Shown here: piece by piece, positions 14,354-23,863 of the stretch
How the letters are laid out: every line of letters begins with the position of its first letter
Position numbering within the stretch: position 1 is the stretch's first letter
Assembly (NCBI GenBank): GCA_047601445.1
Contig: JASGJH010000001.1
Span: forward strand, 960,001-1,024,000
From: Myxococcales bacterium
GTDB taxonomy: Bacteria; Myxococcota_A; Polyangia; Polyangiales; DASUME01
Direction of reading: 5' to 3'
DNA: 64,000 nt
Position numbers and translations under genes: made by a program
Notes under the pieces: generated by a model
Told to the model about the DNA's origin: nothing
Database searches by the model: none
The model's input: the letters and a program-made list of their open reading frames with translations, nothing else

Positions 14354-15625
14354 ATGGCGGAAGCAGTGGACATCGTTTCGTTGGTGAAGAACCTGGCGCT
14401 GGAGGCGAAGCAAGCCTCCCGTGCCCTGGCCACGGCCAAGACCGAGCAGAAGAACGCCGTGCTGCGGCGCGCCGCGGTGGGCTTGCGCGGACCAGCCGGG
14501 GAAGCCGTGCTCGTGGCCAATCAAAAGGACATGGAGGTCGGGCGCGAGCTCGGCCTCAGCGCGGCCATGCTCGAGCGGCTGTTGCTCGATCGCAAGCGCC
14601 TCGATGGGATCGCTGCCGATGTGGAATCGGTGGCCCGCCTGCCGGATCCGGTGGGGCAAATCGAGTCCCTGCGTGAGCTCGAGAGTGGCATTCGCGCGGG
14701 CCGCATGTCGGTGCCGCTCGGCGTGATCGCGATGATCTACGAGAGTCGTCCCAACGTGACGGCGGATGCGGCTGCGCTGTGCATCAAGAGCGGCAATGCG
14801 TGCGTGCTGCGCGGTGGCAAGGAGGCCTTCCACTCGTCGCAGGCCATCGCGGAGATCTTCGAGCAGGCTCTGCTCGAGAACGGCCTGCCCAAGCGCAGCG
14901 TGGTGCTGCTGCCCACGACCCAGCGGGAGGCGACCCTCGCGCTCCTGGGCCTCGATGGCATCATCGATCTCGCCATCCCGCGCGGCGGGGAAGGGCTGAT
15001 TCGCTTCGTGGCGGAGAACGCTCGCGTGCCTGTCATCAAGCACTACAAGGGCGTGAACCACGTCTACGTGGACGCATCGGCAGACTACGCGAAGGCAGAA
15101 CGCATCCTGATCAACGCCAAGGTTCAGCGCCCCAGCACGTGCAACGCCGCCGAGACCTTGCTCGTGGATCGGGCCGTGGCGGCGCAGCACCTACCGCGCC
15201 TGTGCGCGGCCATGGTGGAGCGCAAGGTGGAGCTGCGCGGCTGCGAGGAGACCCGGAGCTTGGTGCCCGGGATCAAGCCCGCCACCGACGCCGACTTCGA
15301 CACGGAGTACAACGACTACATCCTCAACGTGCGCGTAGTGGGAGGCTTCGAAGGAGCCCTCGAGCACATCGCGAAGCACGGCTCGCTACACAGCGAGACC
15401 ATCATCACCGAGGACTACTCCAAGGCCGAGCGCTTTTTGCGCGAGGTCGACGCGAGCGCGGTGATGATCAACGCCAGCACACGCTTCAACGACGGCGGAC
15501 AGCTCGGGCTCGGCGCGGAGATCGGCATCTCCACCACCAAGCTGCACGCCTATGGCCCGATGGGGCTGAACGAGCTGTGCACCAAGAAGTGGGTCGTCTA
15601 CGGAGACGGCCAGGTACGCGCCTAG
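14354..15625 (+). CDS. proA: gamma-glutamyl phosphate reductase
   Basis: VPLGVIAMIYESRPNVT, STCNAAE, NASTRFNDG, GISTTKLHAYGPMGL. Confidence 0.96.
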   Translation: MAEAVDIVSLVKNLALEAKQASRALATAKTEQKNAVLRRAAVGLRGPAGEAVLVANQKDMEVGRELGLSAAMLERLLLDRKRLDGIAADVESVARLPDPVGQIESLRELESGIRAGRMSVPLGVIAMIYESRPNVTADAAALCIKSGNACVLRGGKEAFHSSQAIAEIFEQALLENGLPKRSVVLLPTTQREATLALLGLDGIIDLAIPRGGEGLIRFVAENARVPVIKHYKGVNHVYVDASADYAKAERILINAKVQRPSTCNAAETLLVDRAVAAQHLPRLCAAMVERKVELRGCEETRSLVPGIKPATDADFDTEYNDYILNVRVVGGFEGALEHIAKHGSLHSETIITEDYSKAERFLREVDASAVMINASTRFNDGGQLGLGAEIGISTTKLHAYGPMGLNELCTKKWVVYGDGQVRA

Positions 15626-15668
15626 GGCGCCGATCGATTTTTTTCGACCGTGGGATTGGAGCATCGAC

Positions 15669-16100
15669 TTGGCAGCAAAGAAGAGCACGAGGCCGTCGGC
15701 CGCAGCGACCAAGAAAAAGGCCGCGCCGAAGGCGAAGAAGAACCCGGCGCGCGATCTGGCGTTGGCAATCGCGGAGGCCGCCCTCGACAAGAAGGCGCTG
15801 CAGGTCGAGATCATCGAGGTCTCCGACAAGGTGGACTACGCGGACTACGTGGTCGTGATGAGTGCCACCAGCGATCGTCACGCCAACGCCCTCGCCAAGA
15901 ACGTCGACGCCGAGATGGCGCGCAAGGGCATCCACGCCAACAGCATCGAAGGCTTGCCTCAGGGCGCCTGGGTGCTGATGGATTTCGGAGACGTGGTAGT
16001 GCACATCTTCCACGAAGACACCCGGGGGTACTACGACCTCGAGGCGCTCTGGTACGACGCCGCGCGCGTGCCGGTGAGCGACAAGCCGCGCGCTCCGTGA
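15669..16100 (+). CDS. rsfS: ribosome silencing factor RsfS (Iojap)
   Basis: WVLMDFGDVVVHIF...RGYYDLEALW. Confidence 0.93.
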   Translation: MAAKKSTRPSAAATKKKAAPKAKKNPARDLALAIAEAALDKKALQVEIIEVSDKVDYADYVVVMSATSDRHANALAKNVDAEMARKGIHANSIEGLPQGAWVLMDFGDVVVHIFHEDTRGYYDLEALWYDAARVPVSDKPRAP

Positions 16101-16149
16101 GGAGCGTACGGCCGGTGCTGCGCCGAGCCGAGGGTAGAGGAGTTCCGTC

Positions 16150-16590
16150 GTGAAGATCCACGTTATCTCGGTCGGCAAGATCAAGGAGCGCGGCCTTCGC
16201 GAGTTGCTCGACGACTACGCCGGCCGCATCCAGCGCTACGCCAGCTTCCACGAGGTCGAGCTCAAGGACGGCTCCACGGCCGAGGTCGAGGAGCGCTTTC
16301 GCAAAGCCATTCCAGCGCGGGCGAAGGTGGTCGCGCTCGAGGTGCTGGGGAAGTCGCTGTCCAGCGAGGGCCTCGCGAAGATCATCGGTCAGAGCATGGA
16401 GACCGCGGGGCAGGACCTGGCCTTCTTGATCGGCGGAGCGTACGGACTACCCGAGAGCACATCCACGGCAGCTCATCTCAAATTGTCGTTGTCCGCACTC
16501 ACGTTGCCGCATCGTCTGGCGCGTCTGCTGTTGTTCGAACAGATCTATCGCGGCTTCACCATTCTTCGCGGTGAACCTTACTCGCACTGA
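16150..16590 (+). CDS. rlmH: 23S rRNA (pseudouridine1915-N3)-methyltransferase
   Basis: VGKIKE, FLIGGAYG, LPHRLARLLLFEQIYR...GEPY; follows rsfS. Confidence 0.92.
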   Translation: MKIHVISVGKIKERGLRELLDDYAGRIQRYASFHEVELKDGSTAEVEERFRKAIPARAKVVALEVLGKSLSSEGLAKIIGQSMETAGQDLAFLIGGAYGLPESTSTAAHLKLSLSALTLPHRLARLLLFEQIYRGFTILRGEPYSH

Positions 16591-16765
16591 GCGCAGCGAA
16601 TCATAGTCGGGGTGATGGCCCGATCTGGCACAGCGCGCGAAGCTCCATGACACGGATGCCAGTGCCTCCGGAGTGGGCGTCGTCTTGCGTGATGAGGGGC
16701 CGATCGACGTGAAAGCCGTCGAAAAATGCGATCGACATGGGTGGTTTTTCCCAGCACGCGAGCGT

Positions 16766-16781
16766 TGGCTTGGATCCTGCT
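16766..16781 (+). promoter_or_regulatory. possible sigma54 promoter
   Basis: TGGCTTGGATCCTGCT: GG-N10-GC spacing, very close to ATG 16796. Confidence 0.35.
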
Positions 16782-16795
16782 GAGGTGCCTCGCCC

Positions 16796-18589
16796 ATGGA
16801 TTGGCTTAAGCACGTGGGGGCCTGCGGGCTTCTGATGGGCGGGATCTGCCTTGCGGCCTGCTCTGACGCCGACGCGCCCACCAGCGCTAGTGCGTCCGCA
16901 GGCGACGGGGACGCCGAGTTCGACGGCGGCCTCAGCGGTGACGACGGCGATGGCGATGGTGACCGTGACAACGGCGGCGCCGAAAGCCCGCCGGTTCTGC
17001 CCCCCGAAGTGGAAGAGACCTTGAGCTTCGATACGCCTCAAGCCGGCCGTACTTCCGTCTATGTGCCGAACCCGGTGACCAATCGGGTCGCCGTGGTGAA
17101 CGCCGAGACCTTCGCCATCGAAACCGTCCCATCGGGCACGGGACCTACCTACGCCGCAACGGTGCCCGGACAGGACGTGGCCGTCGTCATCAACGTGGGC
17201 TCCAAGGACGCTTCCCTGCTGCGCACCGTGGACGGCCACACCACCGTGATCCCGCTGCCACTCAACCACGACGCCAACGCGGTGGCGGTGTCGCCGAGCG
17301 GCAAGCACGCGGTGCTGTACTTCGACGCCTCGGCGAGCAAGGGGACGGCCTCGAGCTTCCAGGACGTCACCGTCGTGGACCTCACCGAAGGCATGGAGCA
17401 TGCGCGCGGCGTGAGCGTGGGCTTCAGACCGCGCAGCGTGCAGTTCTCCGGCGACGGGACGTGCGCCTACGTGAACGGCGCGAACGACCCGAACGTGCGC
17501 AATACCACGTGTGCTTTCGTCAATACCGAGGACGGCATCTCGGTGATCGATCTGGCCGCCGCCGTGGACGGGCCGACCATCGCGCGCCTGGTGCCGGTCG
17601 GCGATGCGCTTTCCGAGCAGTTGTCCCAGGACGTGCAGGTGGCCCCCGACGGTCGCTACGCCGTCGCTCGGCGCGAGGGCACCAGCTCGATGCGCCTGGT
17701 GGATTTGGTCAGTGGGGAGATCACGGTCCTCGATCTCAAGTCGCTGCAGCTGGCTCCGCCACCCAAGGCGAGTGGAGACGCCGGCCCCGCGAACGGCGCG
17801 GACGGAGGGCTGCCAGGCGTCGTCGGCAACATGCTCTCGGCGGGCGCGCTGGACTTGTCGGACATGGACTTGTCGCCAGATGGCTCGCTCGTGCTGGCCG
17901 TGGAGCGTTATCGCGGTGCGCTCTTGCGAATCCCGCTGCCGGCAGGCTTCGTCGACCCCACGCAGATCGAGATTTCCCAGGTTCGCGATCAGCTGGTGGG
18001 GCAGGTCAGCATCGCCAAGAGCGGCGACGTCGCGATCATGTACACCACCGTGAACGACACCGAGGGGGTCGTGCTCGTGGACTTGGCCAAGGGGACAGCT
18101 CCGCGCGGCGTGCGTCTGCGCAAGGCCGTCCGTGCGGTCGCCTTTTCGGACAACGGTACCCGGGCCTTGGTGCTCCACAGCGCGGTCGGCAAGGCGGGGG
18201 CCACAGCGAGTGAAGACGACCGCATCGATGCCTCCGAGGGTTACAGCCTGATCGATACCGCCACCGGCTTCGCCAAGCTGCAGCTGACGCCCGCGGCCGT
18301 TCGTCAGCGCGACATCCTGGTGCTCGATGGTCCGGGCAAGTTCTTCGCGCTGCTGCGTGACGATGCCCAGGGCGTGCGGTCGATGGAGATGGCGGACCTC
18401 AACTCGTTCCAGGTCACCAGTCTGACGCTGGCTCGCCCGCCTTCGTCGATCGGACTCTTGCCCGGACTCAGCCGCATCTTCATCGGGCAGGAGAACTCGG
18501 GCGGCATGATCACGTTCGTGGATAGCAACACCGGCGAGGTCGCGCGGGCGGTCTCCGGTTTCGAACTCGCCAGCAGGATTCGTCAATGA
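16796..18589 (+). CDS. lipoprotein with predicted beta-propeller (YVTN/WD-like) repeats
   Basis: Lipobox LAA-C, GDGD linker, repeated V/L/F-S-P/G-D/S-G-x-x-A blade motifs. Confidence 0.8.
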   Translation: MDWLKHVGACGLLMGGICLAACSDADAPTSASASAGDGDAEFDGGLSGDDGDGDGDRDNGGAESPPVLPPEVEETLSFDTPQAGRTSVYVPNPVTNRVAVVNAETFAIETVPSGTGPTYAATVPGQDVAVVINVGSKDASLLRTVDGHTTVIPLPLNHDANAVAVSPSGKHAVLYFDASASKGTASSFQDVTVVDLTEGMEHARGVSVGFRPRSVQFSGDGTCAYVNGANDPNVRNTTCAFVNTEDGISVIDLAAAVDGPTIARLVPVGDALSEQLSQDVQVAPDGRYAVARREGTSSMRLVDLVSGEITVLDLKSLQLAPPPKASGDAGPANGADGGLPGVVGNMLSAGALDLSDMDLSPDGSLVLAVERYRGALLRIPLPAGFVDPTQIEISQVRDQLVGQVSIAKSGDVAIMYTTVNDTEGVVLVDLAKGTAPRGVRLRKAVRAVAFSDNGTRALVLHSAVGKAGATASEDDRIDASEGYSLIDTATGFAKLQLTPAAVRQRDILVLDGPGKFFALLRDDAQGVRSMEMADLNSFQVTSLTLARPPSSIGLLPGLSRIFIGQENSGGMITFVDSNTGEVARAVSGFELASRIRQ

Positions 18590-20130
18590 GAACGCTGAGA
18601 CTTTCACTGGGCTTCGCCCTGAGCTGCCTCGCGTCGCTCGGGTGTCAGGACGACGGTTCGCTCGCCGAGTTCCACGTCAGCGTGGCGCCGGTGCCGCTGG
18701 AGGGCTCGCTGCTCTACGCGCATCGCGTGGACGGCGCGGGCGACGCCTTGATCGTCGACGTGAGCGGAGCCAAACCGCGCATCGCGTCGCACCGACTGCC
18801 TGCGGGCGACCTCAAGAGCTATCCGAGGCCGGGCAGCGCCGGCCACGAGGTGGTGGTGCTGACCGGAGGACTGGCCTCGGATCCTGCGGCGGGGCAGCGC
18901 GAGTCGATCGGGTCCGCGGTGCTCGTGTTCGATCGCCATGGAGAGCGCTTCCGCAAGACGTTGGACGGTCGTTTTAGCGACCTCACGCTGTCCCCGGATG
19001 GACGCGTCGCCCTCGCGCATGGCCACGGCGCCGGCGCGGGCGTGGACGTGGGCAATACGGTGGCCATCGTGGACCTCTCGGATCCGAGCCTCGATGTGCG
19101 GACGGTGGCGCTCAGCGACAGCACAGGGCGCCCGGCGCAGTCGTTCGCCTTTCCTGATCCCGCCGACGGTTCCCGCAGGCTGCTGGTGGCGCGCGGGGTC
19201 GACAACCTGACCATCCTCGAGCTCGACTACCTCGATCGCAAGCCCAAGGAAGTGCCCCTCAAGCTGCCTTCGGACGGGCGTGCGCTGCAGGCGGGCAAGC
19301 TGATCTTCCGGGCCGACGAGATCTTCGTACAGATCGAGGGGAGCAGTGACGTGTTGCTTCTCCAGTTGGTGCCGCTCGACGCTGCCGGTCCAGAAGCCTT
19401 CAAGTTGGTGCCGCTGTATTTGGCGACCAGCGCCAACGTGCAGGACATCGAGCTGGTCCGAGAGGGCGGGCCCGACCGGCGCTTGGTCGCACTGGGGCAG
19501 GGCAAGGTCAGCGTGGTGGATCCCGTCACGGGAGACGCGACGACGTCAAACACGGATGCCAGCTATGACGACTTGATCCGCTTCGTGGGGCGTTCCCCGG
19601 TGGATGACGAGCTACGCGAGCGCGGCCTGCTCGTGCCGCATCAGGGCTCACGAATCGCGTTCGTGGACTTTGCGAACGGCACGGCGTGGTCGGACGAGCA
19701 GGTGGAGACGCTGGACTTGCCCGATCAGCTCCAGTCGGTGATTCCGCTGAACGATCATCGATTGGTCGTGCTGCTGTACTCCTCCGGCGGCCTCGGGCTG
19801 GTCGATCTCGACGCCCGCAAGGTGACGCCGATCAGCACGGGGTCGACCGTGCAAAGCATGCTCATCGACGAGTCGCCGCAGGAAGCCAACCTGTGGTTGA
19901 GCTTGACCAACGAGCACGTTGCGCGGGTCAACCTGCTGGGGCTCGATGCGCGCGAGATCGCGCTGGCCGCCCAAGCGGATCAGCTGCTCCTGATCGAAGG
20001 CAGCCCGCGCAAGATCGCGGCGGTGCACGACTCCGACGCCGGCTTCGTCACGCTGCTCGACCCGGCCGAGCCGTCGCGTGCCACGGCGCGCGAGCTGGTT
20101 TCTTTCTTCTACACCGACATCTTGGATTGA
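18586..20130 (+). CDS. lipoprotein with predicted beta-propeller repeats
   Basis: Lipobox SLG-C; LSPDGR and V-x-x-V-D-L blade patterns; ATGA overlap with upstream gene. Confidence 0.78.
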   Translation: MRTLRLSLGFALSCLASLGCQDDGSLAEFHVSVAPVPLEGSLLYAHRVDGAGDALIVDVSGAKPRIASHRLPAGDLKSYPRPGSAGHEVVVLTGGLASDPAAGQRESIGSAVLVFDRHGERFRKTLDGRFSDLTLSPDGRVALAHGHGAGAGVDVGNTVAIVDLSDPSLDVRTVALSDSTGRPAQSFAFPDPADGSRRLLVARGVDNLTILELDYLDRKPKEVPLKLPSDGRALQAGKLIFRADEIFVQIEGSSDVLLLQLVPLDAAGPEAFKLVPLYLATSANVQDIELVREGGPDRRLVALGQGKVSVVDPVTGDATTSNTDASYDDLIRFVGRSPVDDELRERGLLVPHQGSRIAFVDFANGTAWSDEQVETLDLPDQLQSVIPLNDHRLVVLLYSSGGLGLVDLDARKVTPISTGSTVQSMLIDESPQEANLWLSLTNEHVARVNLLGLDAREIALAAQADQLLLIEGSPRKIAAVHDSDAGFVTLLDPAEPSRATARELVSFFYTDILD

Positions 20131-20138
20131 GGCCTGAC

Positions 20139-21164
20139 GTGCGGACCTTCCTCAGCATCGCGCTTTCTCTGGCCGTCGCAGTTCCCGTCGCAGTCGCCCA
20201 ACCGGCCACGCCGCCCGCTCCCCCGGGCGGCGTGGGAGGGCCCCCTGCGAGTGTGCCCGGCGTGCCCGCCCCCGCTCCACTGGCTCCCGTCGCGCCGGCC
20301 GAGCTCCCGCCGCCCGCCCAAGCGGTGCCCGCGGCTGTCCCAGCCGCCCCGGTGCCGCTCGCTGTGCCTGTGCCTGCTGCATCCGTCGCGCCCGTCGCGC
20401 CTGCGGCGGCACCCGAGGCTCCCGCGAGTGCGGCCCCGAACGGCCAGCCCGCCCCGACCACGCTGCCGCCGTTGCCGGCCTGGACCCCGGAAGCTCGCGC
20501 TACGGCCACACGCCGGCCCGTGCGGCGCGCTCCGCCGACCCCGCCGCCCTACGTGCGCCGCAGCGCAGGCGCACCGTTCGCCCTGGCCGTCGGTGGCGGC
20601 TTGGTGTGGAACGACGACGTGGGCTATCGGCTGGTCGGAGCCAAGCGGGAGCCTCAGTTCGATGCGTTCGCGAGCTACGACATCTTGCAGCCGGGTAAGC
20701 GCTTGGTGGTGTCGCTCGGCGCGAGCATCCGCCATGCGCGCGCGAACAGCGAAGGGCTCGAGATCACTGACAACACGTTGCAGGCAGAGCTCATCGCTCG
20801 CTTCGCCATGCGCTCCTGGCTTTGGCCCCACGGCCGCGCGAGTGTCGGCGGCGCCTGGACTCGGGTCAAGCTCGACGACCAAGGGCGCGGCGGCAGCATC
20901 GACGAACGCGACCTCGGCCTGGCCAGCAGCTTCGGCGGTGGCATCACGCTGCGTACACCCACGCGGGCCCTGGAGACCGCAGGGGGCCGGGCGGCGTCGC
21001 TCTCCTTGGGCATCCTGGTCGAAGGCGGCTACACCCTGGCCAGCGCGGCCAATTTCTCCGGCGTACCAAGCGGAGCCACCGACCTCGAGCGCGGCGCCGT
21101 GCGACTCGGCACCCTGACCCGCAGCGCGCCTTACATGCGCATCATGGCTGTCGTCCGCTTCTAA
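20139..21164 (+). CDS. outer-membrane beta-barrel protein with Pro/Ala-rich N-terminal stalk
   Basis: Signal peptide, ~130 aa Pro/Ala tract, amphipathic strands, C-terminal Phe (MAVVRF). Confidence 0.72.
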   Translation: MRTFLSIALSLAVAVPVAVAQPATPPAPPGGVGGPPASVPGVPAPAPLAPVAPAELPPPAQAVPAAVPAAPVPLAVPVPAASVAPVAPAAAPEAPASAAPNGQPAPTTLPPLPAWTPEARATATRRPVRRAPPTPPPYVRRSAGAPFALAVGGGLVWNDDVGYRLVGAKREPQFDAFASYDILQPGKRLVVSLGASIRHARANSEGLEITDNTLQAELIARFAMRSWLWPHGRASVGGAWTRVKLDDQGRGGSIDERDLGLASSFGGGITLRTPTRALETAGGRAASLSLGILVEGGYTLASAANFSGVPSGATDLERGAVRLGTLTRSAPYMRIMAVVRF

Positions 21165-21221
21165 TCATCAGTTCCTTTCGAACCGCGCAACCTGGTTCGC
21201 CTCAGGACGATACCTGGGGGC

Positions 21222-21857
21222 ATGTTGCGTGACCTTTGGCATGGATTGCTCGAGTTGCTGGCGCCGCCCACCTGTGCGGCCTGTGGCGCCCCGCTCGAGG
21301 CGCGCGAGGACGGCTTTTGCGAGGGCTGCGCGCTCTTGCTCGATGAGTTTCCCAACGTGGAGAGCAGCGACGACCGTGCGGCGTACGCGTACGGCGGTCC
21401 CGTGGCCGAAGCCATTACGCAGCTCAAGTATCGCGGTCACAGCCACCATGCGAGGGTGCTTTCGAGCTTGTTGGTCGACACCGCGGACGGCTGGCAGGGC
21501 CGCATCGAGCGGGTCTGTGTCGTGCCTCTCCACGGGCGACGCTTGCGGGAGCGCGGGTTTAACCAGAGTGCCTTGCTCGCCGCGCCCGTGGCGCGCGCGT
21601 TGGGCGCACGCTTCGATCCATGGCTCCTGTGCCGTACCCACGAGACCAAGACCCAGGTGGGGGCCAATCCCGTGGCGCGTCGGCAGCAGCTCCGAGGCAG
21701 CTTTCTGGCGCGCCCAAGGGCCCGGGGGGCGAACGTGCTCGTGGTGGACGACGTGCGCACCACCGGTGCCACGCTCCACGAAGCGCGTCGCGCGCTTTCG
21801 GAGCAACAGGCGGGGAGGGTGTACACGCTCACGCTGGCTGCGGTCGAAAGGAACTGA
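21222..21857 (+). CDS. comF: ComF family competence protein (double zinc ribbon + PRTase)
   Basis: CAAC...CEGC, RERGFNQ, VVDDVRTTGAT. Confidence 0.9.
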   Translation: MLRDLWHGLLELLAPPTCAACGAPLEAREDGFCEGCALLLDEFPNVESSDDRAAYAYGGPVAEAITQLKYRGHSHHARVLSSLLVDTADGWQGRIERVCVVPLHGRRLRERGFNQSALLAAPVARALGARFDPWLLCRTHETKTQVGANPVARRQQLRGSFLARPRARGANVLVVDDVRTTGATLHEARRALSEQQAGRVYTLTLAAVERN

Positions 21858-21889
21858 GCCGGGCGCGCCCCTGCCTATACTGGCGCGCC

Positions 21890-22978
21890 ATGTCGAGGCG
21901 GAAGGCCCCACAGCGAACCGGGATCGTACGCAGACTGGGCTGCTCCGCCCTGGTCACGGGTGCGTGCATGATCTCCTACGCCTGCGGACCCTCGTTCCGT
22001 CCCGAGGCCCATTTGGCCAACGAACGCAGCTTTCTGCGCCTCGGCGTCGAGCTCGACAAGGAAGAGCAGGCGGTTCGCCACGTCCTGGCCCAGCGCAAGC
22101 TCTTGGTGGCCGCCGAGGTGCGAGGTCCTGCCTTCATTGCTCTGGGCGCGTCCACGCTCGACACTCGGCTGTCGGCCATTCGCGTGATTTCCCCGCGCGG
22201 CGTCATCGTGGCCGAGGACGCTGCGCACGACGATCTCTTCGCGCCTGCCGAGCTGCAGCTGTTCGATCGCTTCCCCACCATGGTAGACGATTATGCCTTC
22301 GTGGCCTGGACCCGGATTCCCTACGGGCGCGATCTGGGCTGCGCCTCGCTCTACCGGATTCTCCCGGACCTGAGCGCCGTGGCGGCCGTCCTCGACGTGA
22401 GCACCGTGGGCCCGCGCGCCTGCATCGCCGAGCTGACGCGTGCCGGGGACGGTCAGATGTCAGCACGCCTCGCCTTTCCTGGGCTCTACGCAGGGCAGAC
22501 GCCGAGCTTGATGGTGCAGATGAGCTTTCAAAAGGTGCCCCTGGGTCGCGAACCCCCGCTGGTCCCGGTCGCCAAAATCGCCTCCGGAGGCCCCTGGCTC
22601 GAGGCGGAGCGCACCCGTCTCGAGGCGCTGCTTCGTCCTTCCGCCAGCCTCGAGGAGCGCCATGCCCTAGGGGTCGCCCGCGCGGCCGTGGCCTTGTTGG
22701 CGGGGCTCGATACGGAGGCTCAGGTGGCCGCCTACCGCAGCAGCATTGGGCGCGTCATGCCGGGTAGCGCGGGTGCCATGCTGGTGGCCGAGACGCTCGA
22801 CTACCTCGAGGATGGCTGGTCCGAAGCCGAGCCTCCTCCGGCCGGCGAGGCCGCCCCCGACGCCCCCCGAAACGAAGACAGCCTGGTCATCGAGCCGGGG
22901 CAGGGGGCCGATGCGGGCGGGCCTGCGCAGGCGCCGGCGCACGAAGACGCCCTGATCATCGAGCCCCCGACACCGTGA
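21890..22978 (+). CDS. hypothetical exported protein/lipoprotein
   Basis: N-terminal basic then hydrophobic segment with YA-C; acidic Pro-rich tail containing duplicated EDxLxIEP. Confidence 0.7.
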   Translation: MSRRKAPQRTGIVRRLGCSALVTGACMISYACGPSFRPEAHLANERSFLRLGVELDKEEQAVRHVLAQRKLLVAAEVRGPAFIALGASTLDTRLSAIRVISPRGVIVAEDAAHDDLFAPAELQLFDRFPTMVDDYAFVAWTRIPYGRDLGCASLYRILPDLSAVAAVLDVSTVGPRACIAELTRAGDGQMSARLAFPGLYAGQTPSLMVQMSFQKVPLGREPPLVPVAKIASGGPWLEAERTRLEALLRPSASLEERHALGVARAAVALLAGLDTEAQVAAYRSSIGRVMPGSAGAMLVAETLDYLEDGWSEAEPPPAGEAAPDAPRNEDSLVIEPGQGADAGGPAQAPAHEDALIIEPPTP

Positions 22979-23031
22979 CCGTGACCCCGCGAGCGTTGCA
23001 CGTGCAGCGCGTTTCACTACAACGCCACGCC

Positions 23032-23514
23032 ATGGCCAAGAGGCCCGCCAAGGATCCTGGAGAACTGATGGTTTGCCGCAACACCAAGGCGGCCGCGCGC
23101 TTCGTCATCGACGAGCGGCTCGAAGCCGGCATGGTGCTTCGCGGCAGCGAGGTGAAGAGCCTGCGCGACAAGAAGGCCGACCTCGACGGCGCCTATGCCC
23201 GCATCGATAACGGCGAGCTCTTCCTCTACAAGATGTACATAGGCCCCTACGCCCAGGCCACCGCGTTCGCCCACGAGCCGAAGCAGGCTCGCAAGCTGCT
23301 CGCGCACCGACACGAGATCGAGAAGCTCACCGGCAAGCTCGCCACCCGCGGCTACACGCTCATCCCGCTCGCGGTGTATTTCAAGGAAGGGCGCGCCAAG
23401 GTGGAGCTGGGCCTCGCCAAGTCCAAGGACATGGCCGACCGCCGCGAGGATCTCAAGCGCAAGGCCGACATGCGCGAGGCCAGGGCGGCGATGAGCCCGA
23501 GGAAGGCACGATGA
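23032..23514 (+). CDS. smpB: SsrA-binding protein
   Basis: EAGMVLRGSEVKSLR, RKLLAHRHEI, GYTLIPLAVYFK...AKVELGLAK. Confidence 0.95.
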   Translation: MAKRPAKDPGELMVCRNTKAAARFVIDERLEAGMVLRGSEVKSLRDKKADLDGAYARIDNGELFLYKMYIGPYAQATAFAHEPKQARKLLAHRHEIEKLTGKLATRGYTLIPLAVYFKEGRAKVELGLAKSKDMADRREDLKRKADMREARAAMSPRKAR

Positions 23515-23783
23515 GCGTCCTCGTGAGAGACCGCCACGGCGATACGCTGGCGCTCGTAGGGTTCGACGGAAAGCAGTTCGACCTGATCGGCCCGCGCGCG
23601 TTCGCCCCTGGGCAGCCGCTGGTGCTCGAGATGCCGCTCGGCCCTGGCTACCGGCTCGAGCTCAAGAGCACCGGCTCCAGGAAGCGGTCCGACGGGCGCT
23701 TCGACATCCGCGCCCGCGCCACCACGCTCGCCAAGGGCGCGCGCGAGGCGCTGGACCAGGCCTTCGCTCAGGCCAAAGGCTAG
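23511..23783 (+). CDS. small hypothetical protein (PilZ-barrel-like, no c-di-GMP motifs seen)
   Basis: ATGA overlap with smpB; GGAAGG RBS; beta-rich pattern (FAPGQPLVLEM). Confidence 0.6.
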   Translation: MSVLVRDRHGDTLALVGFDGKQFDLIGPRAFAPGQPLVLEMPLGPGYRLELKSTGSRKRSDGRFDIRARATTLAKGAREALDQAFAQAKG

Positions 23784-23863
23784 GCACCCGACAGACTTGG
23801 TGGCTCGACGCGGTCGTCGAAGGCGCGGGTCACGCCTCCGCGTGTCGTCGAAGCTCGTTGCGC

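Noticed and set aside
16616..16642. TGGCCC/TGGCAC as sigma54 promoters
   Set aside because: GG-to-GC spacing is not 10 nt.
20180..20560. Pro/Ala low-complexity tract as a DNA repeat element
   Set aside because: It is a coding linker within an exported protein.
23790..23860. Direct repeat GTCGTCGAAG and small hairpins between convergent genes
   Set aside because: Short, GC-rich, no U-tract; at most a generic terminator-like structure.
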